This document shows, in pieces, positions 9,951-22,951 of a stretch of DNA of 64,000 bases (position 1 is its first letter; every line of letters starts with the position of its first letter). Where the stretch lies: the NCBI GenBank assembly GCA_951406725.2, contig OX597831.1:62620001-62684000 (forward strand), given 5' to 3'. Under the pieces are notes generated by a model. The model was not told the DNA's origin. It was given only the letters and a program-made list of their open reading frames with translations, and searched no databases. The stretch comes from Octopus vulgaris (Eukaryota). The translations under genes were made by a program, and so were the position numbers.

Positions 9951-11372
9951 ACAATTTAAAAAGCTTTAGAGGCTAGCGGTAAGTAATGGCAGCTTGCTGG
10001 ACAGAGGTAGTTCAGCAGGACAGCTAGGAAGAAGGGGAGATAATAAATTATTGGTGATCCCAAAACGAAAGTGTGCGTGCGTGTGTATGTGAGAGTGTGC
10101 AAGTGTATGTGTGTGTGAGTTTGTTTACAATAATGTTTGTGCTCGTGGCTCTTTAACTCCTCCAAGAACTATTAGTGCTACCAACGTTAACTAAAACCTA
10201 TCATGCATATTTCAGACATAGTGAAGGTTATGTAACTTCAGATTTCACAGCAGCCGATTTCTTTCAGAAGAAAATAATGGAAGACCGAGAAAAGCAGAAA
10301 ACGTCCGAGAAATTAAAGGCTTGATCTCATGTAAGTGTTGTATTCTACTGTATTTATCCACTACGAAATGATGACAAGACTTGATTTCAGATAGCAGATC
10401 CTTCCAATGCAAAATATCCGCCCCACCAAATATTCTTCCAATTAACCTGACATTCAGGTGTGTGTATTATATATGTATGTATGCATGTATGTATGTATGT
10501 ATGTATGTATGTATGTATATAATTATGTATGTGTGTATTTATATGTGAATGTTTTCATACACGCACGTCTGTGCATGTGAGTATATATGCATGAGTATTA
10601 CTTTCCAGTTTATGTACTGACAATGCAATGCGTTTGAGATTTGATGTGTGCATCTGTAACACTAATGTGTAGACGTAAGGAGCATATTGCACCGATGCAA
10701 TATTGTTCCAGTTTCGTAATTAATTCCCAGTGTTTTAACGCTGTTGACACAGCCAGTTGTATGGTATTCGCATGTGTCGAAACTAGTATGGTAAACATTA
10801 GGCAGCTGATGAGAGATGCATACGCTTTCGTGTTGATAAGTTGGCGTTCATTGAATGTTTTTTTCTTGTAGGGCTAAATGTTTTTAGAGGTTTTTGGTCA
10901 ATGGTAATTTAGTTGTATATATTAAATCATCGAAAAGTATTGAGTGAATGCGTCACTTTTGACTGTGTCGCTTTAAATGTATATGCTGTGAGCAAGGTCG
11001 AGTTGTTACCATATTTCGCTGGCGGTTGTCCTGTACTGAGGAAGAGAAAAGACCATTGGTCTACCGGTATCGCTCCGGCATTTTGTCAATTATCAAGACA
11101 ATCAAATAATGCCATCAAAATGACCGTTTAAAGAAAGGAAAATATAATATTGTGGCAACGGAATAGTTGTCACATTTTATTTCGGGTAAATTCCTCTCTT
11201 TACATAACACCGAGTTCTCATTCATTCTTTCGTTGTCATACCATAACTATTAACACACACACATGTATATATATATATATACATATACACACGCACACAT
11301 ATACATGTATATATATATATATACACACGCACACATATACATATATATATATATATATACACACGCACACAT

Positions 11373-11468
<96 letters not shown>

Positions 11469-12354
11469 GTCTAAACTTAAATGAACAAAAAACGTTATAT
11501 AATCTACATTCCGAAACTCTGTAAGAGCGTATATAATACTACGTACGATCCCTAACAGGTACGTTATACAACATACTATATTATTTCTTAAACACTGATT
11601 TTCTAAAGGTCATATAATTTTGTTGCAAAAATTATAAAGGCGTTTAATCACTCATATGTAGAATTCATGGTTAAAGGAATTAATACTAACTCTGCTCTCA
11701 TAATTATATGTTAAAGCGGGGTTATTATGAATATTATAAACAATATCATAATTAGGTGTTATCTTAAACGTACTATCAATATTACCATTGGAATTAACGT
11801 TTCCTAAAGTATCTTAAAGTAGTTCAGGAAAATAAGCGTTAGAGTTTATCTTACAATTGTCACCATCGATTCTACTGATGCTTACCAAATTTGTGTGGAG
11901 ATACTGTGAACGTTTACTGTTGTTTTCTGCTGCTATAACCTCAGCCAAATTTCTAGTGGTTGAATAGGAAATTTTATTCAATGGCAATTAAATAATTTCT
12001 CATACTTATTTTATGTAGAATTCATATGTATATTTTTTTTTATTATTTCGATATCTACTGATGTAAATACTAAACGGCTTCTTTTGGAATATTATACTTC
12101 TTGATATTGTTTTATGTCTAAGTTCATGTCTAATAAATAGTATTTCAGTTCGCTCTGAATTTAACTTGTTTTGAGTTACCTTCATAGAATTGAGTTAACA
12201 TAAATTTTCGTAAAACATAGGTTTGCCTGGAATTTTGTATCTTTGTATGTATCTTTTTTCTATATCTAATAAAGCTGGGATAATAGAAACAATCGATTGT
12301 AATGTTTGGTGTAATCATCAATTAAAGATTTGATATTCTCCATTCTTATTCATG

Positions 12355-12407
<53 letters not shown>

Positions 12408-12899
12408 CGTGTCTGCCTGTACACGTAGATACGTCACACATATGCATGTGCGTCTGGGGGTGTGTAAGTGTGATTATTGTGTCCCGATGCAGCATTGGTA
12501 TATGGTTAATAATTCCACGAACCCACTTTGACCACAAGGCAGACGTCGATCCCACTGCGTAGCATACTGAACAAGTATTAATCGTTATCATTAATGTAAG
12601 CCATTAAATGCGATGGAGATCAGAAGGCATCTATTAGAGAGGCCGTGCATCTTTAACGAAAGTTCCAGTTATCTATGTCATGGGAGAATAATGATTTATA
12701 TTACTTTTATTCCTATCTCAGTTCATCTAATTGTATATATATATCGTTACTTTTCATAAAAAGCCTTAACAGTTTTGATAAATAGATATAGATATATGTA
12801 TGTATGTATACATGCATACAAACGCAACATACACACACACACACTTATCAGAAGTTCGATCCCTCTATATAATTCAATTAGCAACTCTATTTCTCACAA

Positions 12900-13800
12900 G
12901 ACTGCTAAATGTGTTGAATGTTTGTGACCATCGACACTTCTGCACACTTTGACCTTATCCTCTTACCTTCCATCTCATATTTCAACCAATTTCGATTATT
13001 CCCTTGAATTCTTCTTCTTAAATGCCACCACTACTATACCCTATCACCTGCTCATAATTCATTCGTCTCTGCTATCTCTGCAGACACATGCTTCAATTTG
13101 CCTAACTATTTCAATGCATGATCAAACATTTAGCTAGTCACAGGCAACAGAATACACTAGTCATCTATGCCATCAACTGCACCCTTGAAACTGGTCGTGT
13201 CGTTCCCTGAAACTCTGTGACTGCATTGCCAACAATCACCTTCACACCCTTGTGAGCCAAGATCCTCTATACTATTCTCTTGTGAAATATTCCACACTTA
13301 CGCGTAATGCCAGTCAGTACATACTTCCAAAAGCATACTGACATATCTTTAAGTGAACTTATATCCTAATGGAACCTTTCATATGGATTTCTTTCCCTTC
13401 TTCTCACAAGGACTTGGACCTCTTTCTCACTTTGAACACAGCTCCCACAAACGTTACTGTTTCAACTCACATATTTTTAGCAAACTCCTCTACATCTACT
13501 TCCTCATAATTACTCCCTTCACCTGCAATTTCATTATCTATTGCTTTCTAAATTACCCTTTCTGCTAGTCCGTATATAGTAGATAGATAGGATTTGCTTA
13601 TCTGACTGCCCACTGAACGCCTTCAAGAAATCTGTCTTCGTTTACATTCATTTAACCATTCAAAAGATCATTTACAATCGAACGCAATACCTTTAACTCC
13701 ATTTCCTTAAACTCTTGTCTCTAACACAAATGCAATTCATGTTTACCCAGAATGCATTTCTTACGAACTCAGTATGCTTATTTTAAGTACTATGTAAATT
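12900..13800 (+). pseudogene. Highly decayed Penelope-like remnant (Neptune/Poseidon-type RT C-terminus + GIY-YIG)
   Basis: Weak motif echoes in the expected order: NFDYSLEF, LTISMHDQT, FTCNFIIYC, VYSR*IG, TERLQEI. Many stops and frameshifts. Confidence 0.4.
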
Positions 13801-14020
13801 ATTATCTCACATACACAGTACTCGCACATATCCATGGACATCTATTCCCATAGGCATTCAAATATACAAGAAATAAAATACAAGCGCAAAAAAGCACTAT
13901 GATTTCTTTCCACACATTCCCCACGACAGAAACACATGGACACAATGACATAAGCTGCTTGAACCTGATAGGTATAGAATTTTATTGTATGTATGGCTGC
14001 GTGTATGCACCTTCTTTTTC

Positions 14021-14281
14021 TTTTGTTTCTTTTAATTGTTTCAGTCATTTGACTGCGGCCATGCTGGAACACAGCCTTTAGTCGAGCAAATCGACCCCAG
14101 GACTTATTCTTTGTCAGCCTAGTACTTATTCTATCGGTCTGTTTTGCCGAACCACTAAGTTATGGGGACTTAGACACACCAGCATCGGTTGTCAAACGAT
14201 GTTGGGGGGACAAACACAGACACAAACACACATACACACGCACACACACACACACATACATACGCACACACACACACACAT

Positions 14282-14344
<63 letters not shown>

Positions 14345-14476
14345 TATACGACAGGGTTCTTTCAGTTTCCGTCTTCCAAATCCACTCACAAGGCTTTGGT
14401 CGGCCCGAGGCTATAGAGAGGATACTTGTCCAAGGTGCCATGCAGTGAGACTGAACCCGGAACTATGTGGTTCGGA
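14021..14476 (-). mobile_element. tRNA-derived SINE family A (with internal microsatellite)
   Basis: Homologous to 29883-30315. B-box-like GGTTCAGTCTC, 3' end GCCGCAGTCAAATGACTGAAACA + A-rich tail. Confidence 0.8.
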
Positions 14477-16377
14477 TTCGAAAGACATACATATGTAGTT
14501 ATATAATTTATGCAATAACTATGTCCTTATGAAATCTTCTACATATCAAACCTCCTTTATTCCTTGTCATTTTCAGTCATTAATCCCTCTAACATTTTCT
14601 ACGTGACCCGACACTTGCCTCCCGCTTTTTAGATGTTCATAAACATGACAGTCACATCACGCGGTCTCGAACTAATTGTGTACACGTAGAAATGGACTTT
14701 AGACATATACATACATCGATAGGTACCGAGTTAAATCAACGCACACACAGCTATAACCCAAGGATACATAAACACATTCACAGAAACCTCTTACCTACAG
14801 GTATACACATATACACACAGAGGCAGAAACAGACACACATAAACCCTTAACTATGCGCTTATTGTGACAAATCCACTCATACTTTCTTGTCATTACTAAC
14901 TAACAAGGAAAGAGGATATTCATACGTCTGGGGAGTACGTGTACACACGCATACATCCGTTTATACACGCATATACATATCCGCATGCGTATATGTATGT
15001 ACATATTTGTGAGTTTGCGAGTAGGTATGTAACTTTGTCTGTGTGTATATATACGTTTATATGTATAGGATTACGAACTAAATTGACGAACTTACGCATA
15101 GTTACCTCTGTAGACACTTGTCTCCTTATCAAACGTCATTCAATCTCTGTCATTTCCGGTCGTTCAGGCACGACCAGTTTAAACAATGTGTTCATAATTA
15201 TCTGTCCGCTGAAGCCGTTTATTCTTTATATTATATCTGTGAGAGGGTCTGGTGGTGGTGGTGGTGGTGGTGATGGTGGTGGTGGTGGTGGTGTGGTTGT
15301 ATGTATGGCTTCCTATGTTTTCAAAGTACTTTCAAAGGTTGATAGTTATAAACCTGATGATCTCGGCTGATTCTTTCAACCAAAGTCATTTGTATAACAT
15401 TCAAATTAAAATATTTGAAATCTTTAATTAAGGAAAGAGAATATTTAATAAGAAGATTGATATACCGATAATTAGAAAAAAATAAAATCCCATAATTTTT
15501 CGTCACAAACCTACTGAAAATAATAGGGTGCATCAAGTTCCGAAGAGATAACAAGAGCTTTCAATGGTCTCTAAAAACCAAGTTATATTTTTAGAACTTT
15601 AGTAATGAAACTTAGAGCCTCGTTGGTTTTGACTTACATGTTTTTAATAGTAAATACCGACAAGAAATCAAGAGCCAACGTATATTTCATAAGCTAACAG
15701 ACTAACAGCAAAGCTGCTGATCATGGAATAAATAGACGACAGCGTTAAGGCCCTACTCTTCCCTATCTCATTTTTTATGCTTTGGAACGGTAAAAACTGT
15801 GAAAGGAATAGTTAGTAAAAGTATGATGGATTTCACATTATAGAGAATAAAGAAAGAATGTTTTTAAACATCTGTTATCAGACAAGAGCATTCATTATCA
15901 GACACGAAACAACCTAGTTAGCATTTAGTAAGATGTCTTGGCAACACTAGTTTTTTTTTTTTTTCATCCATTTCGATACCGGTGATTTTTATTTGCATAT
16001 TACTTAACCACATTTAAAACCTTTAGAATTTTATAAAATCTTTATGACAATTAGAAATTCTGTTATTCAATATCATATTTCATGCTGGGAAAATCCTAAG
16101 GTGGTTCCAAACTTCAAGCGAGCATATGAAATCTCGCCATATATATTCGATGAGGTTGAACAGTGCATAATTACAGGAATGTATATCCGAAGTGTCTTGT
16201 CATATTTATTTCTACAGCTCAGTTATTAATAATAATCTTTCGTGGCTGTACTCACAAAACTACATATACATGTACATATAATAGACGCATCCCATACTCA
16301 TATAAGGGTGTGTGAGTGCGCGTGTGTGAGTGCGCGTGTGTGAGTGTGTATCTGTGTGAATGTATGTGCGTATGTAT

Positions 16378-16598
16378 AGAGGAGGGGGCGCTGAAAAGAT
16401 CCTGACTTTCGGTAAAAGAAAATACAGAAGGATCAGTTAACGATGATTTTATACAATATATTCCCCTCTGAGATTCACACACTTACTGCAGCGTTCCTTC
16501 ATTTTTTCTAAGACCCATAAAAGAACTCAAAAGTTTAGCCTCTAGCCAGGCCTGTCGCGACACCCTTAAAGCCAGAAACGTTGCAGATCCGTCTCGTG
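16378..16598. mobile_element. Mariner-derived MITE
   Basis: Imperfect TIRs GAGGGGGCGCTGAAAAGATCCTGACTTT / AAAGCCAGAAACGTTGCAGATCCGTCTCG, ~220 bp, non-coding. Confidence 0.55.
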
Positions 16599-17249
16599 TG
16601 TGTATGTGTATGTGTGTCTCTATCTGTGTGTATGTGTGTGTGTGTGTGTATCGTGTGTGTGTGTGTGGGTGTATGGTGTGTGTGTGTATTTGTTCATTTG
16701 TGTATAAATAAATATCAGGAGAAGTCAATTACGTCCATTTGAATTACTATATTACTTATATATTAATTATACACTCAAAATCGAGTTCTGTCAACACCGT
16801 CTCTGAGCATGCTAAAATTAGTAGCTGCAATTCCCTCAATCACTTTCCTGAAGAAAGCATATAATTATCACTAGACATCTCAGTGAAGTATATGTATATC
16901 ACCGCATTGTGAAATGTGGAAATTATTAAAGAAATATAGCGACGTATCTCTTACAGTGTATGAAATATGTTGAGAGATTTTAATCAAGGGCCGAAAAGTG
17001 AACTTCACATTCTGCATATAGTATTTCAGTATTGTCTGTAAAGTTGCAGTACACAATGCATCAATGGTCGAGTTGCATCAGAAAACTCTCCAAGTATCTA
17101 GTTATGCATTCACATGGAACAAATATGTAACTCTGTTAATAAGCGCAAGGTAATTATATCTTCGTTAATCTAACTGACAGTGAATAAAATCCCACTTGCT
17201 CTTGAAGAATTTCTACATGGATCTGAGAGTAAGTTAATCAATAGCATGA

Positions 17250-18200
17250 TTTAATTTCATAACCAATTTACCTGAAATGTCGGAAATTTCTGAGATACGC
17301 TTTGTATCTGCAGAATGTTAGAGAATTCTATAATCGAAGTGAGCCAAGGAAAAATGAATTGAAAGTTCATAGAAAAGTTCCACTTAGTCAATATCTCTTC
17401 TCGTGTACTGCATAATGCCTAAAGCATATCTGTTGCAACTAATCAATAAATATATAAGGTAAAATATAATGCGTGTGAATTAATCTGATGACTGTTATAG
17501 TGTGACTAGTGGGTGAATCTTTATGACGTCTCGGACAAGCCAAAGAGATGAGAGATCGTACCTTCTTAATCTATCATTCAAATAATTACAATGATGTATA
17601 GTAGCAAGATATAAATAGTTGGCTAGGCTGCAGCGTTATTCGTAGCAGAGTTATTGAATAACTTCTGTTTTCTTGACATGTGCTTATTGAATTACGCTAT
17701 AGCATTCTACATCAGGGACAAAAGAAGCACGGTGTCTCAGTGACAATGTCAAGATCTCTAAATTTATATATTATTTAGGTAGATAGAAAAAAACCCTTCT
17801 TACATAATTTGAGACTGCTTATATATATCTAATTACAATCATATTTCACATTTTCTGACATTGTATATAAATAGACATATGCAGATCATTAGTATAACTG
17901 CATTTATACAGTAACAGGCTTCTTATGGTATATATAAATTTGCAAGGGATACAGATATAATTGATAATAGTAAAACTGGAAATGTAACTTCTGAAGAATT
18001 ATAGAGAACTAATGGAGAATTATGCCTAAAGAGGAATTAGACATGCCATGTGTGGAATTAAAAAGATTTAACATAGTTTGAAATATACCTTAACAATATA
18101 TTCTTGATATTGGATTCGAATGTAAATATTAAAAAAGGCAAATATCTAAAATGGCATATATTTACAAAAAATAACCCAATTATCTCTCGAGTTAATCCAT
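17250..18200 (+). pseudogene. Possible very old LINE RT remnant
   Basis: Only faint echoes (CFLDM, KFARDTDI) in an A-rich tract. Confidence 0.25.
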
Positions 18201-18338
18201 TAAGAATTCAGGATATGAGTAAATTTTCTACATTTATCGTCATTTATACATTTATTGAATGTAGAATATCGGTAAATAATCCTTTTTGCTGAAGGCTAAA
18301 GATTCTGCCAGCTCACCTCCTTCATGTCGGTAAATAAT

Positions 18339-18545
18339 CCTTTCTATCATAGACACAAGGCCTGAAATTTTATGGGGAGGGGACGAGTGGATTAAATCCA
18401 CTTCAGTGTTTCACTGGTACTTAATTTATTTATCGACTACAAAATATCGACCCCGGCGGAATTTGAACTCAGAACATAGCAACGGGCGAAATGCCGCCAA
18501 GCATTTCGTCCAGCGTGCTAACGATTCTGCCAGCTCGCCGCATTA
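18339..18545 (-). mobile_element. SINE family B with 15-bp TSD
   Basis: Reverse-complement match to 42681-42850. ATGTCGGTAAATAAT at 18324-18338 and 18546-18560. Confidence 0.8.
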
Positions 18546-19559
18546 ATGTCGGTAAATAATGAGAATTGTTAATATGACGTTTCTGAAAATGATTAGTGCA
18601 AAACGATATGTTGATTCAATTGTAATAGTAGGTAGATTAGGTTTGAATATCTCAATCTAGAGTAAAGCATGAAATTCCTCGGTAATATAATGTGCGGATG
18701 GAAGTATTAACATGAGCTTCACATGTATATCTTGCTACATAAGTTTCAGAAATTTTATTTGGCAAATTATCGATCTCTTTGAAAATTCCTTCATATTTTT
18801 GTAAATGGATGATAGATGTTCAATTTCATCAAACAAGGACACACATGCATCAATAGGTGAATACATCTTTATATATCTTTAATAGCAAAGCAAATTTTAT
18901 TACATGTGTCCGCATGTATTTCTGAAATATAGAATGTCTTGAATGTCACCTCTCAGAACGAATGGTATATATTAGGATGGCTTTTATTAATATGTAATTT
19001 TAGCCCACGAGACTCTAGTTTGGATTCTCTATGCCTTTTAAACTCATTTAATCCTGACTACCAGTAAAATTCATACTAAAAATATAGCAATAGAAGTAGA
19101 AGTATAGACAACAAATCAAGAAGATGAAAAAAATTAATACTTTTGGAAAGCCTTTATCTTCTATATACGCTTCCGCAGTAAATCACTCAACAGGCTGGTT
19201 TCCGTTAAGCAGCAACTTTGTTATTGATCAAATTCTTACTCCTGCACCCAATCCACAGAACATGAAGTGATAGGCAGTTTGGTCATTTGGCTCATGATGT
19301 AAAACCAGGAAATATTTGTGTTTTACATCTTGGTTAAGGAAATGTTTATTTAAAACAGTTTTAAAATTCGACAGAATTTAGGAATAGCAGAAAATGCAAT
19401 TATTTTCGTTGAATCGACGTTAGAAAAGCTGTACATATCGATAATGAGATGAAAACAAGTTGGTAGATCAAAACTGGAAGAAATGATCAATACCGGAAGT
19501 TAGTCAACATTCTTAATAGTATAAATCGTGGATTCCAGCAAAACTTTTAAAAAGTATCA

Positions 19560-19930
19560 ATAAAGGTTTATCTTGACATGATGGGGTGAAATTTTAGCTC
19601 AATATGATAAGGTGAATACTTGGGCAGCAGGAAATCACAAAATATCAGTGATGATAAAATTATAAGAGGCTAGACGCAAGTTTGACTCGATAAACTAGGC
19701 CAAATCAAGCGTGTGATGAACCACTTCAAAACCATAGTTATTCACAGCAGCCATTGAAACCGCAAACATGCGCTGGAACATTGTCCTCATGAAACAGAAC
19801 CCCTTACCTCAGTTTCCCCTGACCGCTTAGTCTTGATACTCTCTTATAACTGTATTCGAAGTTGGCATATTGATGGTATGGCACTTGAGAACAAATTCAA
19901 TAGACACAATGCTTTTTGCATCCTAAAAAT
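19560..19930 (-). mobile_element. Mariner transposase C-terminal remnant
   Basis: GVLFHEDNVPAH motif (cf. LFHQDNAPAH). Confidence 0.55.
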
Positions 19931-19984
19931 AGAAACTTTACTCGGAGTTGCATAGCTTGCTATCCAAGAAACCTTCAGCTTCAA

Positions 19985-21075
19985 CAGTTGCTCCTATATG
20001 AGATCTAAATCATCTACATGCTCGAATCAAGTAGTCCTGGTTCGTTTGGGATATTACTCTGCCTACGGCAGGTTTCAAAGCGTCTTTGGTGTTATGGGTG
20101 TGTTAATTGACATCTCTCTCACTGTAATAGTCCAATGGATTGAGATCTGGAGAATCCGGGGGCTAAATGTTAGGGGCTAGGTGATCATGAATATTTCATT
20201 CCTATCCATTCCAGCTATCCATTCCTGTTTTACTAGAGCCATGTGTATTAGTGCAGAGTAATACTGAAACACATATGGCCTTCCATTGCATACATTGTCT
20301 ATCCAGGGCTTACTTATTTTCAGGTCCTCAATGTAGACGATACATTTAGCTCTAAGTCCTTGTAGAAAGAAGTAAAGAGGTATCGCATGTCCTTCATTGC
20401 TGACAACCCCTAAAACCATGACAGTTGCAGGAAATTTTTTAGGCATAAATCTTGGAACTTCAGAAGAGTTTGCACTTAACCATATGTCATTTCTTCTGTT
20501 AACTTTTTGATCTTGGTCGATGATTTTGTCGTTTGAGAAAAACCAAATCAAATCTGTTGGATGTTTCAGTTTCATTAAGAGCCTTTTAAAAGTGATGCTG
20601 TGATTTTTTCTTTGCTTTTTCTGCCAAATCGATCTTTCCTCATCATATAAGACCTATAGCTGATGTCTTCGTGGACAACATTTCTGACACATGGAGATCT
20701 TTTGCAATTGACCTCATGGGTATTCTTAGATTGTAATCAATTGTGTGTCGAACTTGCTGGATAAATTCTGGTGTTCTGGAGATTTCAGAGTGTTTGGAAT
20801 GCTATTTATACTTTGATACTGGTGATGCGTTTCCATCTTCAGTCTCCAGCTTCTTACAAACTTTGTAGACAAAAGATATGGCAACTTTAAAAAATTGAAA
20901 TATTTCTAAATCACTTATACTCAGTGTTTATAACCACAATAACCGCATACCTCTTCAATTCTTGAGTAAACTGAGTGTCTGCTATTATTATTTTCTGAAA
21001 CACAGATTATACAGAGTTAGCAAAAAATACAGCAATAACCCCAAAATTGTATGTCCTGAAATACCTTACGCACCC
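19985..21075 (-). mobile_element. Tc1/mariner superfamily transposase remnant (maT/DD37D-like)
   Basis: IWFFSNDK..DQKVNRRNDIWL, KFPATVMVLGVVSNEG, PYVFQYYSALIH, PPDSPDLNPLDYY. Frameshifted. Confidence 0.82.
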
Positions 21076-22644
21076 AGGAATTTGTTAGTATATGAAACAG
21101 TAATTAATAGTACGTTTGAAAGTTTGTTTCTGGTTTCTGTATACCGGTTTAAATATCAGTAGTGATCATTCAATTTCTTCAGTAACTGCACATGCAACAT
21201 TTAGAATATGTGAAGTTTATGAGTTATGATAAGTTAGTTATGGCAGTGAGACTGCTGCTTTGTCAACATTTACGAAAGGAATTTTACACTTACACGAATA
21301 GTTTTATGCGGAAACATCATGTTCCTTTTCCGTCCCAATTGTTGAGGATACAGAAAACTAGCCACAAATTTCCCTTTCCAGTTTGAGCTTTCATATGGTG
21401 CTGGAGACATCAGGCTGCAGGTAAATTTAATATTCATCCCGTTTCTGTTTAACGCATACAGTTACTTGTGGTTTTCAGAAAAATTATCAACGTAGTGTTT
21501 TGTTACGCTTTATTTTTTCTCGTACTTGTTTACGTCGTTGTATTACGAACATGTTGGAGCATCACTGTAAGTTTTTATGTTAAAGAGTTTGCAAAATACT
21601 TTAAAATGTTAAGGAAAATGTTGTCTTCATGAGACTCTTTCCTCCTATCGCCATATCTCATCTATTTATATTCTCTTTAATTCTTGTAATGATTTCTCAT
21701 TATTTTGCTATATAAACATATTTGTATATCCTTTTTCATTTTCGCCTATATCATTATGTGATACTTGTACTTGATTATAAATATTTTGTCAACTGATAAT
21801 CATACAGTATCGTTGTGTGATGTTTTATTTAACGTGTTCGCTGTTCTAGCTTTTCAAATAAATAAATCAATATCATTGATGATACATTTACTCTTTATAA
21901 ACTTTCATCTTGTTTTACTATTATTATTTCTTTTACTACCTAATTTCTTTCAAATTAGAGATATTTATTTACATGACCGAAATGGCGTTTATTAGTATTG
22001 AAGTAATTATTAATAAATTGCTGTTTCAGTGTAAGCTACTTTTTAATCAGTAAAATACTTGCTTACTGATAACTTGACAAATTAATAGTTGAAAATATCC
22101 CTCCCATCAAGAAGAGAAAATTACCAAGGGCAGTTTTCTTCACACAACATGTATCTATACCTAACTTTTCAATTGAATTGTAAGCCTTTCATTGCTAAAA
22201 AAAAACAAAACAGATGTTATTAAATTAACGGGCCAGACAGTTAATAATGAAACGATATATTGGAAAGGAAATGAAAAGAATGGATAGCGAAAACCTGTGG
22301 AGTCCAGCAAAATGGTGAGAAAATATTCAGTAAATTTTGAGAAAATGCAGAAAGTCAGCTGCAGTAAGGCTCCAGAATATCGATTAAAATTTTAACTCGA
22401 CAACATTTTGCATAATACAATTTATTTATGCAAATGAGGAATTATTTATGTTAGTGCATGTCTTCCTTTTGGGTTTTCTTTAATTTACCATATTATGGCA
22501 GGTGGCCAACAATCCTTCTCAGACGCCATTTCAGAAAATTTGCCGGGAGGGCTTACATTACAATCTATCTAGCTATCATTCTATCTATCTGTCTATTTAT
22601 CTATCTATTTATCTGTCTATCCATCTATATATATATATATTCTT

Positions 22645-22779
22645 TTTTCTGTGTCCCTTTCTGTAGAACAGCGTAGGCTCGAAATATAAAAGACTTTTTT
22701 CTATTCCTGAGCATTATACTAATACATGTTTGTCTTGTACGCCACCTGTGTTCGTCTTTTGTTTCTTCGTAAACTCTCC

Positions 22780-22780
<1 letters not shown>
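22645..22780 (+). mobile_element. Solo PLE terminal-repeat remnant with hammerhead-like motif; same family as 9831-9950 (-)
   Basis: TTT CTGTAGA A CAGC gtag GCTC GAAAT ATA AAAG. Flanked by (TA)n and (ATCT)n. Confidence 0.5.
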
Positions 22781-22867
<87 letters not shown>

Positions 22868-22894
22868 ATCTATATCTATCTATCTATCTATCTA

Positions 22895-22951
<57 letters not shown>

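Larger units (their letters stand above)
7663..10457 (+). other. Candidate small spliced exons of an unidentified host transcript (7663 or 7714-7790; 10216-10330; 10391-10457)
   Basis: Consensus-like splice signals CACAG|...ACT|GTGAGT, TTTCAG|...CAT|GTAAGT, TTTCAG|...CAG|GTGTGT in non-repetitive sequence. No protein family securely recognised. Confidence 0.25.

Noticed and set aside
15250-15298. (GGT)n tract / poly-Gly ORF 14939-15370
   Set aside because: Microsatellite with only two-G runs. The ORF is stitched from simple repeats.
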